In this document: piece after piece, positions 11,723 through 23,300 of the stretch | Numbering within the stretch: position 1 is the stretch's first letter | Layout of the letters: the number at the start of each line of letters is the position of its first letter | NCBI GenBank assembly: GCA_000004985.1 | Contig: GG738911.1 | Direction: 5' to 3' (one strand) | From: Naegleria gruberi | Taxonomy: Eukaryota | Length of the DNA stretch: 64,000 nucleotides | Position numbers and translations under genes: made by a program | Notes under the pieces: model-generated | Told to the model about the DNA's origin: nothing | Seen by the model: the letters and a program-made list of their open reading frames with translations, nothing else | Databases searched by the model: none

Positions 11723-14700
11723 TTATTTAAAATAATCGAATTTGAGTAATTGTTGGGCAGTTGGACGAGTTTCTCGATTCTTATCCAACATTTGTAAAAT
11801 TAATTGAATTAGTTCATTGGAGTAGGAAATTGAACAGTTTCTCATTTGTTTAGTGAGGATGGTTTGAGCATTTGATGATTGATTTCCCATTAATAAATTA
11901 CTGATTGAAGTTGTTTCGTCTTTGGTCATGATTTGATAAATTGAAACTCCCAAAGAAAAGATATCCGTGTTGAAAGAGTATGAGCTTCCCAGGGCGATTT
12001 CAGGACTAAAAATTCATGTGAATTTAATGAGAATTGATAATACTTACCTCATGAAGAGAGGAGTTCCAACATATGATTGACCTTTCATTTCTTGATGCTT
12101 TTTTGCCAATCCAAAATCTGCAATTACTATTTCGATATTATCATTCTTCAAATATTTGACAAAAATGTTGGATGGTTTGATATCTCTATAATATTATTTA
12201 GTTTAACCGATATTTCTTTTGAAACGTACCTATGAATAATTGATAGTTGAGAATGAATATAATTCAAACCTTCGCATGATTGTTTCAGTATTTGCTTAAT
12301 AATATTTTCAGAACATTCTCTTTTCAAAAATTGATTCAAATCACCACTTTCATAATAATCCATGTCAATACACAGTAAACTATCTTGGGTTATGAAATAA
12401 TCATTGACTTTCAAAATGTTTGGATGTTTGATGTGGCTTAATTGGGAGGCTTCTTTCATTATTGTATTTAAATCAGAGAATGATTCAAACTTGATTACCT
12501 TAACTGCCTTGATTCGATTTCCTGCTTTTGAATCATTAGCTTTATAGACACTTCCAAATGCACCTTGTCCAATCCTTTCTATATTAGTATATCTTGAAAA
12601 GTAATCTTCAGAATTAGAAGCAGCTGATCCGGCTGAAGAGGTAATAATTGTTGATCCAGTTGGGAAATCAGACAACTCAATATTTGAAGTGTTGATACTT
12701 GCAATATCTTTTCCTTTGTTCTTTTTTTTCTTGGAAAGACAAACAATTATTACAATTACCACAATAACAATAATCACCAAAATTAGAAAACTTGCAACTA
12801 TTGGGATAGTAATTGAAACAATTAAAACAGTGGAGGTATCTATGGAATTTGTTGGAACTACTTGCTCACAATATTGGCCTTTGAATCCTCCTTTACAAGA
12901 GCAAATATTGAAATCTGAGCAGTAACCATTTCCATTACATACTGATAAATCTGATGCAAGTGTTCCATTACAAGAGAGGGACTCACATTTAGATCCATAA
13001 TATCCTTTCAAGCATTCACAGCTTTGGTTTTGAGAGTTGAATATTGCATTTCCCACACATGAAACACTCAATTTTCGTATTGTGGTTTTAGTCATTGTAA
13101 TGAACTGACTAAGTACTAAATCACTATCAATGAAATAAACCTCTTCTGTGTTTTCATTATAGCCAATAGATGGCGAGAAACCCATAAATTTAGTGTCTTT
13201 CCCAGAAAGATTGCCTGAGTAAACGTTAATATTTTCGTTAGCACTTCCTGCTAGTGTTGTCAACAGTCCAGTTGTTCTAGTGTATTTTCGTATTATGTAC
13301 GAACCATCCAAAATAATAATATCTCCATTCTTTTTAACATAAAAGGATATTGGAGATGATAGTGAAGATTCTAAGGCTGGTAGATTATTTCCTGAATAAC
13401 CAGTCTTACCATTTCCAATAATTGTTCTCAGATAATAAGTTCCATTTGCCATCTTTTCAATTACCCTTAATAGTGTACTTGTGCAATAATAGATGGAATC
13501 CTCATTAGAGGAGTAAGAGAAGAGAATAGTACCAAAATTGGTAAAATTGGTAACTGGACCATCTGGAGAGTATGAAGAAGTTACATTGGAGGCAAATCGA
13601 GTCACAATCATTCCTGTCCTTTTTTCAAGTTTACGAAAACTTGTACTGTCCGAAAGGTAGATATCTCCATTTTCTGGATTGACAGACAATCCTTTGATTG
13701 CAATGTTTCTAAATCGTGTGTCCAAAGCTGGACCATCTGTAACTGCACCACAACCATTTCCTGCAATTTTGGTTACATTCATAGTATCCAAAAAAACTTG
13801 TACAATATGGCACACATCTACAATGAATAATGAATTATCAAAGGAAGAGTGAGCCATTGTTAATATAGATTCCGAAACTAAGAAAAAGAATGGAATTTGG
13901 CCCATTGTAGGACTCGTACCCTTTACACTCTCCGTTTGGGAAATAATTTCACCAGATGTTTCATTAAACTTCTTCAAAGAAAATCTATCCAAATAATATA
14001 TTACATTATTGGCCTCATCTCTTGCAAATGCAGATGTAATTTTACCAACTTTTCTGGAGGGGTTGATGCCAACAATTGTTTGTGTGGTAGCATTTGAGAT
14101 TGTAATGTAGGATGCAAAGGCACTGTTGTAAATTGCTCCATTGATTACTTTTATACTGCCTGATTGTCTGCAACAATATTTTAGTAAATTAATTGTTACA
14201 CAACTTACAATAAAGACTTTGATAAACTAACATTCTCTCCACTGTATCCACTGAAGTGCAGAATATATTTCCTGAATTGTTATACGAATCTGCTCCTCCA
14301 ATTTTTATGAGCTGGGAATCATTCAATCTCATTTCATAAACTTTGGCTTGAAGCATTAAATATATTTTGTCGTTGTCACATGAAAAACTTTGAAATGAAT
14401 TATCAGATGAATAAACTGTTTCATAAACTGAGAGTTCCGCCAAATTAATCTTCATTATTTTAGAATAAGAAACTAAGAAATAAACACTATAGTTTCCATT
14501 TTGGTTTACAATACATGAAGAAGTAATTGGGGGAATATTGTAAATTTGTGATTGTTCTCCATTTCTGTATATAGTTATGAAATTTGGAGAGGAAAAAAGC
14601 AAGGTACCATTTGATAAAGAATTCCCTATTCCACTAATTGAAGTGATACCGGTTGGGATGTTCAATGAAGAAAGTTGCTCTGTATAAATATTAAATAAGA

Positions 14701-15812
14701 ATACATCTGTGGAAGTGACAATTACCATATCTCCATTTGGGAATATATAAGTGTTGGTTACTATACCAATATACTTCCTCTTCGGTGAGTTTTCTATTTG
14801 TAATTTGGAATAACTCCCCAAAACAGTTTTGACCAATCCATTAGAAACCTTTCTGACAATACTACTGGTTTCTATGAAAAATAGTTCATTCTTGAACGAA
14901 AACGGGTAAGAAAGTGAAGATGTTGGACTTGTTTCGAATTGTTGAATATTTTCTCCATATGGATGATTGATGACTCCTCCAGAAAATGTGGAAACCACCT
15001 TGGTTCTTGTATCAATTTTTCTAATACAGTTATTTGTCTGGTCAACTAGGTAAACTATAGAATTTTTCAAAACCAAAGAGGAGGGGTTATAAAATAGAAC
15101 TTTCGAGTAAGAATCAATCAGATCATCTCCTTCATATCCATAGAGGTCTTGCTGTCCAATGAAAGTTGATTGTACTGCTGATCCAACAGATTTCATTTGA
15201 ACAAAATGCGAAGAAGGTGAAGTTGTCCAAATTTCATTTGATGATGTTACAAATATTCCATATCTTGATAATTAATGGAGTGAATAAACTGTTTAAAATC
15301 TTCACTTACAAATTTGATTGAGGACTCAAACCGTCAACAACTCTGTACTTTCCATTGCTATCAATACGTTTCACCCTTTCCTCATCTGTGAAATAAACCG
15401 TATCCTCTTTGCCATTGGAAACAACGTGAATATTCTTTGGAGATTTCATAATGACTGAATTGGCATCCACATTATCATAACTTCCATCCAAATATGCTTT
15501 TTCACCGCCAATAGTCGAAAGTACCCTTGTTGAAATGTCATACTTTTTGATGAGGTTGTTTTGTGTATCTGCAATGTAAAGAATATTATTCGAAGAAACA
15601 ACAATTCCCAATGGTTTGTTAAATGTAGCAGAGATGGAAGAAACTAGTCCTGTTGAAGCAGAAACTATTCTAATCTTATTGTTTTGAGTATCAGCTATAT
15701 ACAAATCACCGTTTGGAGAAACACTAAGAGATGAAGGAGTATTAAATAGAGTTTCTTTTGCATGATATCCATCACTGAAACCAGCTGTTCCCAATCCTCC
15801 AAAAACTACCAT
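11723..15812 (-). CDS. receptor-like Ser/Thr kinase #1: NHL-repeat ectodomain + EGF-like Cys repeats + TM + kinase; at least 5 exons
   Basis: complement(join(11723..12005,12048..12185,12230..14159,14209..15263,15310..15812)). NHL blades occur in ORFs 15306..15812 and 14189..15196. EGF-like CxCxxGxxGxxC; TM IVSITIPIVASFLILVIIVIVVIVIIV; kinase GQGAFGSVYKA, KAVK, HRDIKPSN (across 44-nt intron), DFG, GTPLFMSPE (across 42-nt intron). All junctions phase-checked against the ORF track. Confidence 0.75.
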
Positions 15813-16130
15813 GCTCTCATTCTTGAACCCGTATCCAAATTTCGTCTCGCCAAAGTGTTAATGGTTTAACAAAATAAAACACATTTGGTTATGTTGTGTT
15901 TAAAAGTGTGTTAGAAGAAGTAAAATTAAATTCCTTTTGTTTTGTCCTTCCGAAACAAAGATTGTTTATTACATAATAAATTGATTGTTTTGATTTTCGA
16001 AATGATGAAAGTATTGTTTAACAATAGTAATTTAGATCGAACCAAACAAAAGGATCTTTATTTAGTCTCCACTATAAATTATTCCGAAAAGACCAAACAA
16101 AGCCAATACTGTTACTGTGAAAACAAGAGG

Positions 16131-16300
16131 GCACCATTATAAATATTTATCACGGTTGCTTCATACATCACCACAGCCACCATTATAAATATTCATCACA
16201 GTTGCCACCATTATAAATATTTATCATGGTTGCTTTAAATTACAGTGCCCACCAATATAAATATTCATCACAGAACCCACCAATCATTATTACCACAAAC
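16131..16300 (+). repeat. tandem array (4-5 copies, 28-45 bp) of direct repeat CCACCATTATAAATATT(C/T)ATCAC(A/G)GTTG just upstream of the Ulp-like gene
   Basis: Directly visible copies at about 16131, 16177, 16206, 16250; each contains TATAAATA; last copy about 40 bp before ATG 16313. Confidence 0.7.
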
Positions 16301-16312
16301 CATTAAAAACAA

Positions 16313-18608
16313 ATGCCACCAAAAATACAACCTCCTACATGGTCGGAGAATGATAGAACAAACATAAAACAAATGTTTGATGCTTTTAAAAACAAATCTA
16401 TCCCTGAAAATGTTGATTTAATGAATTATGGTAGATATATTGCAAATAACTATTTAAATAGTAAAATTGTATTAGGAAATTTAAATACAAACAAAAGTAA
16501 CACGTGGAAAGAATGGGAAAAAAAAGGTTATTTAAATGATTTAGAATACTTCTATAATAATTTACAAGTGAAATACTATTTAACAAATATTAAACTATCA
16601 CCTACTAATAATCCGATTGTTGGAAATAATTATTTGATCGGAAAGGAAGTACAAGTAGATCCTAAAAAGTTATTATTTAAATCTACAACAACCAAAACTA
16701 TTAGATTAGGAAAAGGTATTTTAAGTACAATTAATGAAAATAATTATTCTATGAAAGATATTATTTATAGTACTAAATATAAAGAATGTTTTAATGAAAC
16801 AAATAGTTCATTAGATATTCCTAAACATTTGCTTTTTGAAATACCAATTGATTCTAACAAATCTACTCCAATATCAAAATGTCAAACTAAAACAGATTTA
16901 AATTTACAATCAATCAAACAATCATTCCCTCCATTATCAAGCGAAGTTGAAGAAAGTAATGTTTTTGATAATAAGGAATTAAAAATTAAAGAATTATTAA
17001 TAGATTCAACTAATGATGATGATGATAATTTGTTCGATATGGATTTAGTTTCAGAAATCTTGAAAAACAAAACAAAACCTCCATCAACTCCACCATCAAC
17101 AAAACTACCCACAACTTCTCCACCAACAACTCCACTAACAATTACTCCAACAATACCACCAACTCCACTAACAATTACTCCAACATTAGATTCTCTATTA
17201 CAAATTGCCACACCAGTAATTTTAAAAGGAGAAGAAAAAAAAAGAAAATTCGATGATTATGAAAATGATGAACAAAATGAAAAGGTTTTAAAAAGATATA
17301 TAAAATCATTAGAAGAAAAAATTAATAAGTTAGAAAAGAAAATAGAAAAAAAATCCAAAATTATTGAAAATCTTATGGAAAATCAAAACAATTCCAAGAA
17401 AGTATCAGAAATTGAATATATTATACAACAAACTAAACCTATTGCCGAAAATATTATTAATAATTCTAAAATAGTACAAAATTTTATTGGTGATGTTAAT
17501 GAATTATTAAGTCAAACACATAATTGTAAACCTGTTATTATAATGGAAAAGAAAAACAAAATTATTTTATCAGATGAGGAGAAAAATAATTACTTAAAAA
17601 TGATTACTTATCATAATGATAAATCAGTAACGTTTAATTTGGATAGTATATTAGGTAAACAAATAAGAATTTCTGAAAGCCAATATCAACAATTATTAAA
17701 TAGAGGAAATTTAAAATCTGGATTTACAAAAAACTTATTTTTGGAATTTTTTAAATTAAAATCTTCAGATTTAACAGAAGAACAAATTGAAAAGGTTTTT
17801 AGATTCTTGGCTATAATTAAACCAATAACTTTTGATAAAAAAAGATTTAAAAAAGATAGGAAAAATTTGGAAAAGAAAAAAACAAAAAACGATGATGATG
17901 ATTTTGAAGAAAATGAAATAACAAAAGATATTAATAATTCTGATAATGAAAAATTTGAAATATCAGATAATAATGTTAATCAATATGATCTTACAAATAA
18001 TTTAGAATGTATGTATTAATAATTTAATGTTAAATTTTTTAGTTTTATTTATAAATAGAGAAAGAAATATGATTATGAATAATGAATGGTTAAACGGAGA
18101 TATAATGGATAAATATTTACATATTTTACAATTACAATTCCCTTTTCTTCATTTAACAAAATGTTCTCAAAGTATTTATTTTTTGGATACTGTTTTACGT
18201 ATTATTAAAAGTGCAGAAAAAATAATAGATTATTCAAAACTTAATTTTGTTACACTCAATATACCAGGTACACATTGGTTGTTATTATGTATTAGTAAGA
18301 TTAAATCAATTGTTTATATGGACATTATTGATTCTAAAATTGATTTATTATGTGACAATCTTAAAAAAATGTTAATTAAATCATTCACACAAAACTTTTT
18401 ACCAGAAAATTGTGAATTAGTTTTAAGAAATATCAAATGTAAACAACAATCAAATGGATTTGATTGTGGATTATATGTGTTATCATTTATCCGTCAAATA
18501 GGTCAATCAAATATTGAAAATTTTAATCTTAGTAATATCAATTTTGAAAATACATTGATTATAACAAGAAACGAAATGGCTGAACAGATTAAACCAAATG
18601 GTAATTAA
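16313..18608 (+). CDS. Ulp1/SENP-like (C48, clan CE) cysteine protease with long low-complexity/Pro-Thr-rich/coiled-coil N-terminal region
   Basis: ORF 18027..18608 has catalytic signature: H in GTHWLLL, D in YMDIIDS, Q..C in QQSNGFDCGLYVLSF; domain start WLNGDIMDKYL. ORF 16313..18019 (568 aa) is in an adjacent frame. A 34-nt GTATGT..TTTTAG element (18009..18042) would join them in frame; alternatively a frameshift or two ORFs. Coding DNA is visibly AT-richer than neighbouring genes. Confidence 0.6.
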
Positions 18609-18690
18609 ATAAAGCTTCATTATTTTATGTTTTTATTAAATAATCAATTAACAAAAGTAATTTAGAAGAACTAAACAAAACCTATTTATA

Positions 18691-18790
18691 GCCACCATTA
18701 TAAATATTCATCACAGTTGTTAATTACAGTATATACGGTTAACGCTTACAACGACAACTTCAAGGGCACCATTTATTAATATTTGGCGCC
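18691..18790 (+). repeat. two further copies of the same TATAAATATT-containing repeat downstream of the Ulp-like gene
   Basis: GCCACCATTATAAATATTCATCACAGTTGTTAATTACAGT at 18691 and degenerate GGGCACCATTTATTAATATTTGGCGCC at about 18765. Confidence 0.6.
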
Positions 18791-19413
18791 AATATTAATT
18801 AAAAAAAACAACCATACAACACACTTGGCTTATAATTGGAGGTGATATGTTGTATTAATATTCTTACAACTTTTAATACAACCAATAAGTTATTATTATA
18901 TTATAATTTAATATTTGTTTTAGTATTAATGGTAGTTAGATTATTAAAATTAGAAGAATAATAAAGAATAAATAGATTAAATATTCCCGATTTAGTCATT
19001 CGTGTAAGACATGAATTGATTTGTAATATATAAAACTAATCTCTCTCTTTACTTCTTGTAAGTAATTTATATTGGAATTTAAATTCAATTATTGTAGTTA
19101 ATTGTGTGGAAATGGAAGAAATGTGAGGAAATTTAGTATGAATATTGATGATCTTATCTTTTTGAAGATGATGGAAATAATGATGATAGTAATTAAGAAA
19201 ATATTTTAAATGATATAGTAGTGATGAAGATAACGATGGAAATAATAATGAAGTTGGAATAATATATCACATGTTTCCCTCTGCGGAATACTTTTTACCA
19301 TTCAGAACTTTATATCTGCTTAATCCAATTATGAAATTTTCTTAATCTAAACATTAATAAACATTCTTCTCGAGTTTAACAAAATTGACTTTGTGCATCA
19401 AAATCATCTATGT

Positions 19414-19599
19414 TTCGTTGGTCCAAACTATCTTTATATTTTAGACAAAACCATATTGGTTTGGTTAGTCAAAACTATTTTGGTTTGATTGGTCCAAACA
19501 ATCTTCGTTTAGTTAGTAAAAACCATGTTGGTTTGGTTAGTCGGACCGGTGTTGGTTTTGTTGGTCCAAACAATATTTGTTTTGTCAAACAAAACAAAC
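19414..19599 (+). repeat. 24-bp minisatellite (about 7 units), each unit an imperfect palindrome TTGGTTTG-NNNNN-TCCAAACAA
   Basis: Units ttcgttggtccaaactatctttat / ttggtttggttagtcaaaactatt / ttggtttgattggtccaaacaatc / ttcgtttagttagtaaaaaccatg / ttggtttggttagtcggaccggtg / ttggttttgttggtccaaacaata / tttgttttgtcaaacaaaacaaac. Period 24 keeps an 8-codon frame (ORF 19410..19700). Confidence 0.75.
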
Positions 19600-19678
19600 T
19601 CGGCTTCACAAATGGCAAACCAAATTTATTTATTTTAAATTGGTCCATCCGTTTTTTGTTTTGTGCGGAGCGATTTCC

Positions 19679-19993
19679 TCATTTTAGATCGACAAAATAA
19701 AGGACCGTCCTGACACTAGGGAATATTCTGAATATCAGATGTCTTTCACAATCAGATACGTACATGTCCTCTTCCATGCCAAAACAAATACCGCATGGGG
19801 TTTTGAGATAGGCATACTTGGCATCAAACATAGTCAGCATGTCATGACCGCTGGCAGTGTTTCCAATCAATGTTTGCACTTTATAATCGAGTGCATGTAC
19901 GAACAATGATGGAGATGTATCTTGTAGGAGTAACATGCTGCTGACACATGTCAACAACAGCAAACAATGGATTGTTACAAAGGGCGTGGACAT
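19679..19993 (-). CDS. small ORF with N-terminal signal peptide (possible first exon of a secreted protein)
   Basis: MSTPFVTIHCLLLLTCVSSMLLLQ followed by hydrophilic region; no downstream exons identified. Confidence 0.3.
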   Translation of the reverse strand: MSTPFVTIHCLLLLTCVSSMLLLQDTSPSLFVHALDYKVQTLIGNTASGHDMLTMFDAKYAYLKTPCGICFGMEEDMYVSDCERHLIFRIFPSVRTVLYFVDLK

Positions 19994-20371
19994 GGTTTCT
20001 TTTTTTTTGAAAGTAACAATTACACGTTAGCCCAACAATTACAAAATTGGACCTTTACACCATCCAATATACATGGTAGTATCGGAAGAAACGCAAATTC
20101 CCCAACACAGAATTCTCCCTAGTTTTACTCAGCTGGAGTTGGGTTTAAAAGAATTCTGTTGGTTTTCTCGTGGTGTTCTAAATCATCGGTGATACATTGC
20201 TGCTTAGTAGGAAGTACTTCCACTCGAACAAACTTTTGGATTTGTCGCGGTTACACTGATGGATGCGCGTTGCTATTTTTTTAAAAAGCGTGTTTTGGCG
20301 CCTTTTTTGTGAATAACAGAACCACAACAAGAGAAGTAAGAAAACTTTATGTTGGTATTTTAGGTTTAGTC

Positions 20372-23300
20372 TCATTTCGAAAGTGCTTGAATTCTCTGGA
20401 GTATTTGTGAAGGACTAATTCTACTGGCAGGATCATATCGTATCATTTCCCACAATAAATCACAACAGAGTTCAAATACCTCCCCTTGGTACTTCACTTT
20501 CTTACTAAATTGAACAATGGCAGGGAGAAGAACTTTCGTATCGGCCTCATCATTTCCTTGCTTGACTCTCAGCAATACAGATGCATAATCTCCTGAAAGC
20601 AGTTGATAAACTATGCATCCTAAACTCCAAATATCACTTGGTGGTCCGAATTCTCCCTTAATAATTGCTTCTGGAGCACTGTATTGTAATGTACCTTCGT
20701 AGGCAGTGAGATTGGAACGATGTTGATGTCTTGATGATCCCCAATCACCGACACACAATAAAAAATCATTATTCCATTCCAAGATGGATTTTGATGAAGA
20801 TTGAGGGTTTTCTGGAGCTTTTGCAATGAAAATATTGGTTTGTTTCAAATCTCTGTGGACCATTCCTTTTGAATGGAGATAGTCGAGAGCAGATGCTATT
20901 TGCTTGATAATTTCCAAAACTAATTCTATTGGAATTTGATTTTGATGGGTGTGAATCCAATTTCTCAAATCACACTTGTACAATGGCATGATGATACAAA
21001 TGAATAAACTATTCTCGACCATTGTACAACCTAAAATTGGTACTATGAAAGGATTGGATTCCTCACTCAATTCATACATATTTACAACTTCCTTAAATTC
21101 ACTTCCAAATGGATTGGTAACTTCAATCTGTTTCACAGCAAATAATTCATCAGTTGTAATCTCTTTAAAAATAAATACAGATCCATAAGCTCCACTTCCT
21201 AATTTCTTAACTAGTACATATTCCTTTTCACGAATTCTGAAATGATTTCTTGATGATAAAAGGTTTGGTGAGCTCGTTGAGGCAAGAGGACTGCTGATTG
21301 ATTTACTATTGCCAGGTAAATCTCTTGGATGATTTTCGACCTCATCAATGGTTTGAAGAGATACTGCTGTCTTATTGGTTGATGAATCTATTGAACTAAT
21401 TGTTTCAGGTTCTGAACGATAAACAAATGATGGTAAAAGACTCTTCTTTTCTGGATCTTGGTTTTTGTTTCTTCTAAACTTTTTAAAATAGACAAATACA
21501 CCAATACCTATGAGTGCTGATGAGATGCAAAGGAGAATAATACTAACAACAATTGCTGCAGCTGTTCCATTTCCAGAATCAATATCTTGACAAAATTTTC
21601 CACTATACCCATCATCGCATTGACATTTTGTTGAGTTTTGATTGGAAGCATTTTGACTGAGGACACAAAGACCATTAGATGAACACCTTTTGGTTGAGTT
21701 TTGAGATGGGTTATTTGAGGACGGATCACAATCCAACCAAGAACATGTTTCTCCAAAATAAAAAGGAAAACACGAACACTTATTGAATGAGACACAAACT
21801 CCTTGATCATTGCATCCACTAGTTCTCAATTTTCCAAAGCAGTAAGGTAATGAACAATCATTACCTCCATATTCTGAATTACATTTGCATGTGTTATTAG
21901 AAATGCATGAACCATGAGGTTGACAATTATTAACACCATCACAATTATATTGTGTGCATAGTTGACCTTCCCATCCACTATCACATTTACAAGTATTGTT
22001 GGAAATACATTTACCATTCGAGTTGCAACAGGTTGAATCATTTGCCAATTTCCCAAAACATATTGGAATGTCACAGAGATTTCCAACCCATCCCTCTTCA
22101 CAATCATAAATATTTGGTCCAACACATATTCCATGTTGTGATGGAATATCACAAGAATATGATCCACATTGCTCATTTCCTTTCCATCCACTTTGACACA
22201 AACATGTGTTATTTGAGACACATGTACCGTGTGAATTACACACCAATGAATTATTAGCTATTATTCCAAAACAAACTGGAATATTACACAAATCTCCATA
22301 CCATCCACTGGTACAGGAATACTGATTTGGTCCAATGCAATTCAGTCCATGTGTTGGCTTGGGAACATCACAAGAAAAATTGCTACACATTGAATTACCC
22401 CTCCATCCAGATAGACAGGCGCAACTTCCATTCACACAATCACCATGACCTGAACAAACTTGACCTTGTGAATCAATACACGAGTCAGAGTATCTCATTC
22501 TAATGGTAAAAGAATCGCTATATAGAAGAGCACCTTCTGTAGTTATGGCAACACCATTAGTTCCCTGAATGGCATCAGTTGTAACAGTTGAAATTATTCC
22601 ATCAGTATTAATCTTTCTGATAGCATTATTGCCTTTACAATCGTTAATACTCTCAACTAAAACCAGAAACCTACCTGAATCTGCAATGAAAATAACTCCA
22701 TTTGAGGTGACAGTCACTGCAAGAGGATAGCTTAATTGAGCACTAGTTGCTTGTTTCCCATCTCCTTGATTACCTCTTGTTCCAGTACCTGTTGTTTTCA
22801 TATCATTAACATTTGAGGACTAATTTGAAATATTTTAAGCTTACCTGCAATTACTGAAATAGTTCCTTTCGATAATTTCAAGATTTGATTTCCTCCACTA
22901 TTCGCAATATATAAATCCCCATTAGGAGTATAAAATAAACTTGTCGGATAATTCAACAAGTTCGAGGTAGAAAGTGTTGTAATGGTCTTATCATTATTGA
23001 CCCTCCTAATAATATTCACTCTACTATCTGCAAAGTCGAAGAGGAATTGATCTGCCCACAATGATGGAGGCGCCACGACACCACTAGGTCCAGATAATGT
23101 ACATGAAGTAGCTGGTAATCCATCATTACAATTTCCATTATTGGATGCATATTTTCCTGCAATTGTTGAAATTATTCCAGTATTGTCCACTAATCTAATT
23201 AAGTTATTTGCACTATCTGCAATTAAAAGGCCGAGTGAAATCTTGGCCATAGCTTTTGGCTGATTCAAAAGAGATTGGATTGCTGGAATGCCATCATTGT

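Noticed and set aside
16131-16300. Repeat array considered as a CRISPR array
   Set aside because: Eukaryotic context (introns, tubulin). Copies abut each other with variable junk rather than uniform unique spacers. Repeats are TATA-rich and recur 2.4 kb away flanking a gene. No cas genes.
16882-17211. 109-aa Gly/Val-rich antisense ORF inside the Ulp-gene N-terminal region
   Set aside because: Antisense of the Pro/Thr-rich repeat (CCA/ACT codons). No start context.
21508-22221. ORFs 21508-21819 and 21826-22221 (minus) and 21952-22257 (plus)
   Set aside because: Alternative-frame or antisense readings inside the EGF-repeat region of receptor kinase #2. They are His/Val-rich translations of Cys-codon-rich DNA with no independent support.
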